From: an uncultured Clostridia bacterium | GTDB lineage: Bacteria > Bacillota > Clostridia > TANB77 > CAG-508 | Length of the DNA: 64,000 nt | NCBI GenBank assembly: GCA_963558405.1 | Contig: CAUWGC010000005.1 | Coordinates: forward strand, 833 to 64,832 | Direction: 5' to 3' | Shown: positions 1-10,300 of the stretch, piece after piece | Layout: each line of letters opens with the position of its first letter | Numbering within the stretch: the first letter of the stretch is position 1 | Made by a program: the position numbers and the translations under genes | Notes under the pieces: model-generated | Databases searched by the model: none | The model's input: only the letters and a program-made list of their open reading frames with translations | What the model was told of the DNA's origin: nothing

Positions 1-3000
1 AATGCTTTGTCATCAATATCTTCCATTGTTCTTGCAGGAGTCTTTGATGTCATTATTTGAGAAATGAATTTTTGCTTTTGCTCTACTAATTGGTACATAT
101 AACTATCAAAGGTCTTTTCTGTAACATAAGAATATACAAATACTTTTTTATTTTCATTTCCCTGTCTAATCATTCTACCATTTCGTTGAGTTAAATCAGA
201 AGGTTTCCATGCACAATCTAAATGATGAGTTGCAATTAACTTATCTTGAACATTAGTACCTGCACCCATTTTTTGAGTTGAACCCATTAACACTCTAACT
301 TGTCCTTTTCTTACTTTGCTAAATAGTTCTTTCTTTTTAACCTCATTGTCTGCCTCGTGAATAAAAGCTATTTCATCAGGTGGAATACCTTTTTGAATTA
401 GCTTTTTCTTTAACTCATTATATACATCTGTAAATTCTTCTTTTTCATAGCCTTTTAAGTCTTTTGGTGTTGATAAATCGCAAAATACAAGTTGAGTTGA
501 TTTCTTATCACTATTTTCATCCCATATTCTATAAACATTTTCTGCACATGAATTTACTTTACTACTTTCTGAATCTGGTAATAAAGGATTCATAAGTCGT
601 TGGTCTAGTGCAAGTTTTCTACCCTCATTTGTAATTTTAAGCATATTATCTTCTGTTGCATCAACTGTTCCTGACCTTATTTTCTCTGCTCTTTCTCCTA
701 AAGCCTTAACCATTTCTTGCTGTATTTCACTTGGTTTTACAACTACATTTATATTTTCAAATTCTGGTGTTGGCAAATTTAATGTTTCAGCAGTTTGAAT
801 ATCTGCTACTTCTTTAAACATAGACATTAGCTCTGGTAAATTGTGAAATTTTGCAAATCTTGTTTTTGCTCTATATCCTGTACCCTCTGGTGCAAGTTCT
901 ATTGCAGTAACTGTTTCTCCAAATGTACTTGCCCAATTATCAAAATGTTCTAAACTATTTTCTTTTAGTCCAGAATATTGTAAATATCTTTGCATTGTAT
1001 AAAGTTCTGCCATCGAGTTACTTACTGGTGTTCCAGTAGCAAATACAGAACCTTTGCCTCCTGTAATTTCATCTAAATATCTACATTTCATAAAAAGGTC
1101 GGAGGATTTTTGTGCTTCAGTTTGTGCTATTCCACCTACATTACGCATTTTCGTATATAAAAACAAATTCTTATAATTATGAGCTTCATCAACAAATAAT
1201 TTATCTACACCTAATTTTTCAAATGTTACAACATCATCTTTTCTTTCTTCCTTATGTAATTTCTCTAATCTAGTTTCTAATGATTTTCTTGTTTTCTCCA
1301 TTTGTTTAATAGTATAGTTTTCTCCTCTGTTTGATTTTTCAGAGGCAATTCCTTTTGTAATATCACTTATTTGTTCTTCTAATAATGCAATTTGTCTTTC
1401 TATTGACATTGGTATTCTTTCAAATTGTGAATGTCCAATAATTACTGCATCAAATTCTCCTGTTGCTATCCTACTACAAAATTTCTTTCTATTTTTGGTT
1501 TCAAAGTCTTTTTTAGTAGCAACTAAAATATTGGCACTTGGATAAAGTTGCAAAAACTCACTTGCAAACTGCTCTATAATATGATTTGGAACTACAAATA
1601 AAGACTTATTACATAAGCCTAAACGCTTACTTTCCATTGCAGCTGCAACCATCTCAAAAGTCTTTCCTGCACCTACTTCATGTGCTAATAATGTGTTATT
1701 ACCATATAAAACATGTGCTACTGCATTAAGTTGATGTGTCCTTAATTTTATCTCTGGATTCATTCCTACAAAACCTATATGAGAGCCATCATATTCTCTT
1801 GGCCTTATGCAATTAAATTTATCATTATAAAGTCTTACTAAATGATTTCTTCTTTCTGGATCTTCCCATACCCAATTTAAGAATGCTTCTTTTATTGCGT
1901 CTTGTTTACTACAAGCTATTGCAGTTTCTTTTCTGTTTAATACTCTTTGTTTTCTGCCCTCATCATCTATAAATGTATCAAATATTTTTACATCTTTTAG
2001 ATTAAGTGTCTGTTCTATTATTTTATATGCATTTATTCTTGATGTACCATAAGTTGTATATGCTTTTACATTGTTTCTATCATTACTTTTTCCATCAATA
2101 TACCATTCAGCAGTTATATTAGAATATTTAACATGAATATCCCATCTGTTATAACTTGGTGTATCTAATAATTCAAAAATAAACTTTCTAATGATTTCTG
2201 GAGGTATCCATGTTGAGCCTAACTTAATTCCAATTTCACTTGCAGTAAGGTCTTTTGGAATAACCTCTTTTAATTTTTCAACATTTATATTAAAACTAGA
2301 ATCTTCTTTTGCAAATTCTTCTGCAACTTTTAGTTTTTCTCTAACATTACCAGATAAATATTCATCAGCAGTTACCCAATTATTTGTATTTTCATAATCA
2401 GGTACTTTAAATATAACACCCTTTAAACTTTTTATTATTTCTTTTTTGTCTATCTTGCATAATTGTTGCATATAATCTAAATCAACTTTTGCCTTATCTT
2501 GTATAGATAAAATCAAAGCCTCATCTGGAGTATCTACTTGTAATACTTTCTTTTTAGCTTTTATAGTTCTTTTGCTAAATATATCAGCTTTTCCTACAAA
2601 TTTACCCTCTCCATCCATCTTTTCAAGTGAGCATAATAAGAAATAACTACTATCATTAGAAAATGCTGTTTCATTTGCTCTTGAATTTATTAAGCCATAT
2701 TCTTTTGTAAATCTATCATATAATTCATTTAATTTTGCTTGTGCAATATGAATTTCCTCATCTGAATAATCTTCCATTTGAAAATCAATTAATTCTCTTA
2801 CCTGTTCTCTTAACAAAATTAAACCTTTTATTCTATTTTGTGCCGTTAAAGGTAACTCATCTTGTAATATCATTTTTGAATTTTCTCTAAAATACAATTT
2901 ATCATCTACTATTGCATAAGAATAATTCTTAACAGTTGGAATTGCAGGTATTGATGTGTCTTCTTGTTCAATTTCATTTTCAATACTATTATTCTGTAAT

Positions 3001-6000
3001 TCTCCATGTATATTAGTTATCGCATAATTTAATTGTTCTTCTAAATTTGTGTCTTCTTCTGCTTTACAAGTTGAATCATAGCCATAAGCAGTAGATACCA
3101 TTTCCATTTTTCCTAATATCATATCTGGATTATCTACAAAATATTTATTCATTGTAATATTGTTTTCATCTCTATCAAGATATACCCAATCTGGCATTAT
3201 ATCGGTCAAATTTTCTCTTTTTTGTAAGAAGATAATATCTGATGTTACTTTTGTTCCTGCATTCTTTGTAAAAGTATTATCTGGTAATCTAATAGCACCT
3301 AAAAGGTCTGCTCTTTGTGCTAAATACTTTCTAACCTCTGGACTTGCTTTATCCATTGTTCCTTTTGAAGTAATAAATGCAATTACTCCTCCTGGTCTAA
3401 CTTTATCTAAAGTTTTAGCAAAGAAATAATCGTGTATTAGAAAATTATTTTTATCATATCTTTTATCATTAACTTTGAAATCTCCAAATGGCACATTTCC
3501 TATTGCTATATCAAAAAACGAGTCTGGTAAATCTGCTTTTTCATAACCTTGAACTTTAATATTTGCTTTTTGATATAATTGTTTTGCTATCTTACCACTT
3601 ATAGAATCTAGTTCTACTCCATATAGTTTTGAACTTTGCATTTCTTGTGGCAACATTCCTAAAAAATTTCCTGTACCACAACTTGGTTCAAGAATATTTG
3701 CTTGTTCAACACCCATGCTTTTTAGAGTGTCATATATTGCATTTATAACTACTGGTGGTGTATAAAAAGCAGTTAAAGTAGAAGCTCTTGCAGACTTATA
3801 TTCTTCATCTGTAAGAATTTCTTTTAATTCGTTATATTCTTCGCTCCAATTATCTTTACTTTCATCAAACACATCTGGAAGTCCACCCCAACCGACATAT
3901 TTCGACAAAATATTCTGTTCTTCAGAATTTGCTAATCTATTTTCATCTTCTAACTTATGTAAAAGTTTTATTGCATCAATATTTCTTCTTACTTTTTCTT
4001 TTAGTGTACCTTCTCCTAATAATTTATCATCAATGTGATAATTAATCTTTTCTTGTTTAGGTTTTGGTTCTACTATTTCCTGTTTATTAGTAGTAATTTC
4101 TTTTTCAAAGTTTTTTTCATTACTATGATAAAGTGAAACTGCTCGTAAATAACTTTCGTTTCTCATAATTGGATAATGTGCAGTTTCTAACATTGTTTGG
4201 TCTAATAAAACAATTTCATCTAATTCTTTGTTAATAGCCTCAACTCTATATTTTCTATCACTTTCTAAATAAATAATTTGTCCTATTTTAAATTGTGTTT
4301 TTGGATCTTCGCTTAATTCTTTTACTGCACTAATGGCATTAGCAATTATTTGTGTTTCAACTCTATCAGCAATATCTTTTAGTTCTGCTTCTTGCTCTAA
4401 ATTATCAATAAATTCTTGACTAACTTCTTCTAGGCTTGTATCTGCTAATTCTGTAATATCAGTAAACTCTGCTAAATCTTTTCTTATATCATCTAAAGTC
4501 TTTTTGTCTTCATTTTCTGAATATTCTAAAAGTCCACCATCAATTTCTGTTCCCCTGTTGTCATATATTGCATAATAATATCCCTCATCGTTTGTATGAA
4601 AATGAAAATAATTTCCATTATTCAACTTATAATTTTTTTCAATATTTATACTAGATATATCTATAAAATCATTTGTGTTTTCTTTTAATCCTCTATCTAG
4701 CATCCATTTTTCTTTTTCATAGTCATTTTCTAACCATTCCTGGTATTTTATTTTTTCTTCATCATTAAAGTATCTATCTAATCTAATAATTTCTTTAAGT
4801 CTTTGTTCAACTTTACTCCAATTTATTAGTAGTTCTGCTCTATCATCTTTATAACCCTTATATAGCTTTATTCCTTTGCTATCGTGTTCTTGTCCAAAAT
4901 CAGCACCATAATATGCAGAACTTGAGCCTCCTATACCATATTCATGTTTTAGAAATATTATATTTTCCTTTGATGATAAGCTCCTTTTAAATTGTTCATA
5001 AATTCTATATTTACTATGTGAAAAATTGCTGCCCTCAATAAGTGTTTTATCTATCATTTCTTGAGTAAAAGAAAAAGCAGGAGTATTTTCTACTTCTGCT
5101 TGTGCTTGAATATTATTTATTTGTGTATCTACACTTGGCAACTCTTTAATTGGTGGTACATAAGTATCTTCAAAAAGATTTAATTGTAAATTAGCTCTGA
5201 CATTATCATTTCTTCTGCTTGGTTCTTTATTGAGTTCATTGCTTGTACCCAACTCATTTGATTCTCTCTTTTCATTTCCTCTGTTATTTGGTTCTTCTCT
5301 GCTAGACTTGTTATTATCTGTTTCATTCTCTTTTGAGCTGTTTGTTCTATTTCTCCTAAATGTTCTTCCATCTTTCCATCTAACATTAATTCCTCGTATA
5401 ACCCTCTTTTGTGTTCTTTTAGGAATTTCTCCCTCATTCTTGAGAATCCCCCCTGTGCCATTTTCTTCGTTTTTGGTAATGCTACTTGTGGTATTTGGTA
5501 ATCTCCCATTTGATTGTATGTTAATTCTATCATAATCATTTCTCCCTTCATTATTTTTTTCTTCATTATTATGATAATTTATTTTTTCATTATTAACAAA
5601 TGTACGATTTGTTAATTTGTAATTTTTTTCATAATTTATAACACTAGAATAGATTTCTCTTAATTCTTGTTCTGCAATATCACTTATTGCTGCACCTAAT
5701 CTTGAAACAACTCTTTTATTATTAAAACTACTAATCATTTCAAAATCTGATACATTAAAATGTTCTGTTGGTTCAATACCACATCTTTTCATTGCCATAT
5801 ATGATATTGATTTTGCAAGTAATACAATAAAGTTTCCCTCTAAATCTATATCTTGCATTCCCTCTAATAAGCTACCATCTAAAACATCTTTTAAATCAAC
5901 TAAATAATCTTGATAATTATCTTCTACTAAATTTATAGATGCAGAATATATTGCTTCTGCTAAATTAGATTTAACTTCTAAATTTCCAAAACTATTTTCT

Positions 6001-6371
6001 AATGTTTCTATAATTCCATTTTCATAAGAAGGTTTTATTTCCCACAACTTAAACTCTTTGTTTATTCCACTATGTGTATCTGAAATGTCAAAAACATGTC
6101 TTAATACATTTCTACCATTTTCTATTGATAATAATGCAATACCTTTTGCACCCTTATTAACCCATCTTCGTAATTTTTTATTCCAAGTTTCTATATCTGC
6201 ACAAGCAGTAGCATTTGGTTTTTGAGCATATATTAACACTTGCTCATTAAAAGAATATTTGTAATTGCTACTCGCTGTATTTAAAAACTTAATCCAACTT
6301 TCTCCATTTTGAGTAATTTCTTTCAATGTTTCACTTGCCATTTCATTTATTAGTTGATATTTATTCGCCAT
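1..6371 (-). CDS. Giant polyvalent conjugative-element protein, partial (C-terminus beyond window start): ArdC-like N-terminal domain, N6-adenine DNA methyltransferase domain, SNF2/DEAH helicase domain
   Basis: Minus-strand frame with no stop from the ATG at 6371 (GGAGGA 7 nt upstream) to the window edge. The frame is absent from the ORF track only because it has no stop in the window. Motifs read in translation: EPSCGTGNF (methyltransferase motif I), IGNVPFGDF (NPPY-like motif IV), HEVGAGKTF (Walker A), FVDEAHNYKN (DEAH box), QRNGRMIRQGN (helicase motif VI). N-terminal 250 aa resemble an ArdC-N ssDNA-binding domain. Confidence 0.8.
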   Translation of the reverse strand, partial: MANKYQLINEMASETLKEITQNGESWIKFLNTASSNYKYSFNEQVLIYAQKPNATACADIETWNKKLRRWVNKGAKGIALLSIENGRNVLRHVFDISDTHSGINKEFKLWEIKPSYENGIIETLENSFGNLEVKSNLAEAIYSASINLVEDNYQDYLVDLKDVLDGSLLEGMQDIDLEGNFIVLLAKSISYMAMKRCGIEPTEHFNVSDFEMISSFNNKRVVSRLGAAISDIAEQELREIYSSVINYEKNYKLTNRTFVNNEKINYHNNEEKNNEGRNDYDRINIQSNGRLPNTTSSITKNEENGTGGILKNEGEIPKRTQKRVIRGINVRWKDGRTFRRNRTNSSKENETDNNKSSREEPNNRGNEKRESNELGTSNELNKEPSRRNDNVRANLQLNLFEDTYVPPIKELPSVDTQINNIQAQAEVENTPAFSFTQEMIDKTLIEGSNFSHSKYRIYEQFKRSLSSKENIIFLKHEYGIGGSSSAYYGADFGQEHDSKGIKLYKGYKDDRAELLINWSKVEQRLKEIIRLDRYFNDEEKIKYQEWLENDYEKEKWMLDRGLKENTNDFIDISSINIEKNYKLNNGNYFHFHTNDEGYYYAIYDNRGTEIDGGLLEYSENEDKKTLDDIRKDLAEFTDITELADTSLEEVSQEFIDNLEQEAELKDIADRVETQIIANAISAVKELSEDPKTQFKIGQIIYLESDRKYRVEAINKELDEIVLLDQTMLETAHYPIMRNESYLRAVSLYHSNEKNFEKEITTNKQEIVEPKPKQEKINYHIDDKLLGEGTLKEKVRRNIDAIKLLHKLEDENRLANSEEQNILSKYVGWGGLPDVFDESKDNWSEEYNELKEILTDEEYKSARASTLTAFYTPPVVINAIYDTLKSMGVEQANILEPSCGTGNFLGMLPQEMQSSKLYGVELDSISGKIAKQLYQKANIKVQGYEKADLPDSFFDIAIGNVPFGDFKVNDKRYDKNNFLIHDYFFAKTLDKVRPGGVIAFITSKGTMDKASPEVRKYLAQRADLLGAIRLPDNTFTKNAGTKVTSDIIFLQKRENLTDIMPDWVYLDRDENNITMNKYFVDNPDMILGKMEMVSTAYGYDSTCKAEEDTNLEEQLNYAITNIHGELQNNSIENEIEQEDTSIPAIPTVKNYSYAIVDDKLYFRENSKMILQDELPLTAQNRIKGLILLREQVRELIDFQMEDYSDEEIHIAQAKLNELYDRFTKEYGLINSRANETAFSNDSSYFLLCSLEKMDGEGKFVGKADIFSKRTIKAKKKVLQVDTPDEALILSIQDKAKVDLDYMQQLCKIDKKEIIKSLKGVIFKVPDYENTNNWVTADEYLSGNVREKLKVAEEFAKEDSSFNINVEKLKEVIPKDLTASEIGIKLGSTWIPPEIIRKFIFELLDTPSYNRWDIHVKYSNITAEWYIDGKSNDRNNVKAYTTYGTSRINAYKIIEQTLNLKDVKIFDTFIDDEGRKQRVLNRKETAIACSKQDAIKEAFLNWVWEDPERRNHLVRLYNDKFNCIRPREYDGSHIGFVGMNPEIKLRTHQLNAVAHVLYGNNTLLAHEVGAGKTFEMVAAAMESKRLGLCNKSLFVVPNHIIEQFASEFLQLYPSANILVATKKDFETKNRKKFCSRIATGEFDAVIIGHSQFERIPMSIERQIALLEEQISDITKGIASEKSNRGENYTIKQMEKTRKSLETRLEKLHKEERKDDVVTFEKLGVDKLFVDEAHNYKNLFLYTKMRNVGGIAQTEAQKSSDLFMKCRYLDEITGGKGSVFATGTPVSNSMAELYTMQRYLQYSGLKENSLEHFDNWASTFGETVTAIELAPEGTGYRAKTRFAKFHNLPELMSMFKEVADIQTAETLNLPTPEFENINVVVKPSEIQQEMVKALGERAEKIRSGTVDATEDNMLKITNEGRKLALDQRLMNPLLPDSESSKVNSCAENVYRIWDENSDKKSTQLVFCDLSTPKDLKGYEKEEFTDVYNELKKKLIQKGIPPDEIAFIHEADNEVKKKELFSKVRKGQVRVLMGSTQKMGAGTNVQDKLIATHHLDCAWKPSDLTQRNGRMIRQGNENKKVFVYSYVTEKTFDSYMYQLVEQKQKFISQIMTSKTPARTMEDIDDKA
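5180..5566 (-). CDS. TnpV-like protein (Tn4451 TnpV family). Complete ORF in the +1 frame relative to the surrounding giant ORF; likely start at an internal ATG (5539 or 5533) preceded by AAGGGAG
   Basis: 128-codon ORF IELTYNQMGDYQIPQVALP...GLYEELMLDGKMEEHLGEIEQTA...NQMSWVQAMNSIKNQAEEMIMSELIYN. It matches the remembered TnpV pattern LTY..GDY.IP...R..YL...R..LY..LLL.G.L..HL.EID..A......E.....QM.WV..MN.IR..AEE.V..ELI. It has its own SD and a TAA stop exactly at the end of the homology. The frame-0 reading of the same nucleotides is low-complexity (N/E/K/R-rich). Confidence 0.6.
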   Translation of the reverse strand: MKKKIMKGEMIMIELTYNQMGDYQIPQVALPKTKKMAQGGFSRMREKFLKEHKRGLYEELMLDGKMEEHLGEIEQTAQKRMKQIITSLAEKNQITEEMKRENQMSWVQAMNSIKNQAEEMIMSELIYN

Positions 6372-6588
6372 CGGTTTCCTCCTTTCTCGTTTCTTGATAA
6401 TTGAAATACCCTATTGTATTATGGTCTTTAATAAACTCTCGCAGTGCAATAATATTTAAAACATCAGGGTCTTTCGTTATTTCTTTTAAATCTTCTATTT
6501 TTAAATTAGAAATATCTTTTTCTGTTGATTTCCCAATACTTATTAACTTGTTATATGTTTCCATTCTTAAGTTTCTTTTTCTAGGCAT
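6361..6588 (-). CDS. Hypothetical 75-aa protein; its stop overlaps the start of the giant ORF by 11 nt
   Basis: ORF preceded by GGAGGTG; charged and helical composition; no recognisable family. Confidence 0.4.
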   Translation of the reverse strand: MPRKRNLRMETYNKLISIGKSTEKDISNLKIEDLKEITKDPDVLNIIALREFIKDHNTIGYFNYQETRKEETDGE

Positions 6589-6644
6589 TTCACACCTCCT
6601 ATTTTTAACAAATTAAAAAGAGCTAGATTTCTCTAACCCTTAAT

Positions 6645-7319
6645 TTACCTTATTCTCTTTAACATATATTTTGTATTTTTTATAAATTCAAATCCATTTT
6701 CTTCATAAAAAGAAATTAATTTTTTCATAATTAAATCTTTCTTCTTATTTTTTTCTGAAATGTTTTGAAGTCCCTTACTTTTATTTACTACTCGTGGCTG
6801 TGGTAAAACTATTATTTTATTTATAACTGTATTTGCATAGTAATATAATATATCTTCAAGATTATCTATAATGTAACTGCCTATACCACAATTCCTGAAT
6901 TGTTTGTTTATATAAAAGTCCTCTATATAAACTATTGTATCATCTTCATCAGCAATTTCTTGTTTGATGTTTCCATCTTTACCAACTATAGCTGAAGCCA
7001 TAGCCTCAAAATCCCAACCTCTGCAATCTGCTACATCACTCAATGTTATTCCAAATCTTGTAAAATCCATAGGTGTAAAAAATCTTCCTTTTATAGAACC
7101 TATTTGCATTTTTTCTTCTTCATCAGGATTAGTAACATATATATTCATAAAGAAATCCTTTATATATTGACTATCAAAATCCATTCCATCTATATGTGTT
7201 ACAATATCTTCTCTTACATATTCTAATTCTGGTCTAACAATATACGCTCTAAAAGATAAAGAGTCCCAACCTAATTTTTCTAATTTATCTAATTTAATCA
7301 TTTTTATCATTCCTTTCAA
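6645..7319 (-). CDS. Putative GNAT-family acetyltransferase (C-terminal GNAT-like motifs)
   Basis: FRNCGIGSYII resembles GNAT motif A (Q/R-x-x-G-x-G/A); FYEENGFEF resembles GNAT motif B near the C-terminus. The N-terminal 100 aa are unassigned. Confidence 0.4.
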   Translation of the reverse strand: MKGMIKMIKLDKLEKLGWDSLSFRAYIVRPELEYVREDIVTHIDGMDFDSQYIKDFFMNIYVTNPDEEEKMQIGSIKGRFFTPMDFTRFGITLSDVADCRGWDFEAMASAIVGKDGNIKQEIADEDDTIVYIEDFYINKQFRNCGIGSYIIDNLEDILYYYANTVINKIIVLPQPRVVNKSKGLQNISEKNKKKDLIMKKLISFYEENGFEFIKNTKYMLKRIR

Positions 7320-7327
7320 ATATTCAA

Positions 7328-7355
7328 AAGAGAGCTAATAATCTAGCTCTCCATC
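7328..7355 (-). terminator. Hairpin GAGAGCTA-loop-TAGCTCTC followed by a T-run on the minus strand, downstream of the adhesin gene
   Basis: Perfect 8-bp inverted repeat followed by TTTTGAATATTT on the minus strand. Confidence 0.45.
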
Positions 7356-7360
7356 ATTTA

Positions 7361-10300
7361 CTATTTATCTTTATTTTGTTTACGCTTAATTATAATATAA
7401 GCTATTCCTAGTAAAGATAGAATAATTGAACCTGCAAATAATTTTATTTTGCTTTCCACTCCTGTTTTAGGAACTTCTATCTTTTTATTTTCAAAAGTAA
7501 ATTCTATTGTATTTTCATTTTCTTCTACTTGTGTATCCTCTACAAATATACCTTTGTCATTGATTTCTACTTTAACAATCTTGCTTGATAATTCATAATC
7601 TTTTGGTGCTTTTATTTCTTTAATGTAATATGTTCCATATCTTAATTCTTCGAATAAAGCTGTTCCATCTTCTGAATTAGATTTAACCTCTTTAATAAGT
7701 TTAGTACATTCTGGATCTTCGTATATTGCAAATATGAATTTGTCTTTAATAACTTCTTTTGTTTCAGTATCAATCTTAATTACCTTTACATTTTTTAGTA
7801 TTGGCATATCTTTCATTTCTATTTTTTGAGTTTCTTTATCATTTGTTACTGTGAATTTTATTTCTTCAGTAATTTCATAACCATAAGGAGCAGTAGTTTC
7901 TTTTAAGATATATGTTTTACCTTCTTCTAAACCTTTTACTTTATGAGGTTCTTTAGTAGATGTCCATTTATCTATTGTGTTACCATCTTCATCTATAACT
8001 TCTAGTTCTGCACCCTCTAATTCGTTTCCATTAGTTATATCTGTTTTTGTTATTTCTACTAATTTATCAATCATAACTACTTTTTGTGTTTCTTTATCTG
8101 GTGTTACAATAAACTCTACATCAGTTGCTTTTACATAAGAATCTGCAACTATTTCTTCATGTAATGTATAAGTTTCTCCCTCAACTAAATTTTTGATTTT
8201 GTGTGGTTCTTTACCAGATACCCACTCATCAACTACTTTGTTGTATTTATCTAATACTTGAATTGTTGCACCTTCAATTTCTTTTCCTGCAATATCAACT
8301 TTGCTCATTTCTACTATTTTGTCTATCATTTCAACTTTTTGAATATCTTTTTTATTTGTAACTTCAAATTCAACATCTGTTGCTACAACATATCCATCAG
8401 GAGCATATTCTTCATGTAAAATATATTTTTTACCTTCTTCTATTCTATTTATGTTATGACTTTCTTTTGTAGATGTCCAACTATCGATTACATTTCCGTC
8501 TTTATCAGTAACAACAATTTCTGCACCCTCAATTTCTTTTCCACCTATATCTGCTTTTGTCATTGTTACTATTTTATCTATCATTTTAACTTGTTGTACT
8601 TTTGTTGTACTTTCAACTTTAAATTCTATTGTAGAAGCTCTTACATATCCATCAGGTGCAATTTCTTCTTTTAATTTATAAGTTTTTCCAACTACCAAGC
8701 CCTCTATTTTATGAGTCTTTTTAGTAGATGTCCATGTATCAACAACTTTATTATTTTCATCAATAACAGATAATTTTGCACCTTCAAGTTCATCATCTCC
8801 TGTTACAGATTTTTTAGAAAATTCAAACATTGTTGTATCATTAGATATATCTTTAATATCTTCATATACCTTTGTTGTTAAGTCTTTTTGTTCACATTTT
8901 ACTTCATATTTAGTCCAATTTAAAACTAATCCGTCTAAAGTTTTTGTTTCCTCTAATTCATAAGTTCCCATAGGTAAATTATCAACTTTTAAATTACCTT
9001 TTTTATCCAAATTATATTTCTTTATTTCTTGACCTTTAGTATATATTTTGCTTCCATCTGCATAATCAATAATATCTTCTTTTGCAGTAAGTTTGAATTC
9101 AATACCTGATAAATCAGAGGTATCAACCAATGATGTGTCAGCATCTTCTCTTAATGCTATTGTTTTATTTATAATTAAAGTGCCTGTAGGTTGTTCATTT
9201 TTCATTAAAACTTCTTTAATAAAATCTTCATCTTGATCTTTATCATAATCTCTTATTCCTTTTATTTCAAAAGTAACTGGTTTTTCTAATTGTAAGAAAC
9301 CTTTTGGAGTTTTTATTTCATAAATTGCATAACTTCCAACTGGTAATTGTAAAGGAGTAACAACTGAACCTTTATCATCTTTGTTATTAGTAAAGCTTTT
9401 ATCTGGTACTATCATATTATCTGCATTTGTTGTAAATGAAGTATATGTTGTACTACCAATTTTTTGTGAAATTGATTCTCCTTTTTTCCATATTATTTTT
9501 CCTGTTGCTCTATCGTAAATATCTTTTTCAGCTTTTATTTCAAAGGTTGTACTTGTCAATGTAACAACTTTTCCAGTTTTTAAATCTTTTTTGATTAACT
9601 TTATATATGCTTCTAATTGTTCATTATTAACAACAATATGTTTTGTTTTTTGTGGTATTTCTTTTATTTCACTTTCGTCTTGAGTAATAGAAAAATAGAA
9701 ATCACTTGCACTTTCATAATCTTTTGGTGTAACTGTTTCCTTAACGATATATTTACCATAAGGTAAGTTCTTTTGTGTGTATGCATTACCATCTTTATCA
9801 GTTACTAATACATCATAAGTAGGAGCTATTTTTTGAGCTTCTGCAACTCTTTTAGTATCGACATTAACTTTATTTCCGTTTTCATCAACACCATTCCATA
9901 CTTCCGCATAAGTGTATCCTTGTGAATATGCTTTTTCTACTGCTGAATTTAATTTAATTGTAAATTCTGCACCTTCAAGACCAGGTGTTTCTCCTGAATT
10001 TGCTTTTATTCCTGATTTAAAGATGTGTACTCCCATTTTCTTTACATCTTCATTACTTGTAGTCTTATTTGCTATAACTTTTGTATGTTGGTCTTTATAC
10101 TCCAAATTTACAGGATATTCCGTTTTATCAAGTAAGTACCCAACAGAAGCTTTATCTTCTTTTACTATATATTTTCCAAGAGGTAAATCTTCAACAGGTG
10201 TTGTGTTGCCAAACTTATCCATTGTTCTTGTTGCTACTAAATCTCCTTTTGAATAATACTTTTTACTTTTAGCTACATTGTATATATCTTCATTAGCAAA

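Noticed and set aside
5230-5535. 101-aa plus-strand ORF
   Set aside because: Antisense to both the giant ORF and the tnpV-like ORF; Leu/Ser/Phe-rich junk translation.
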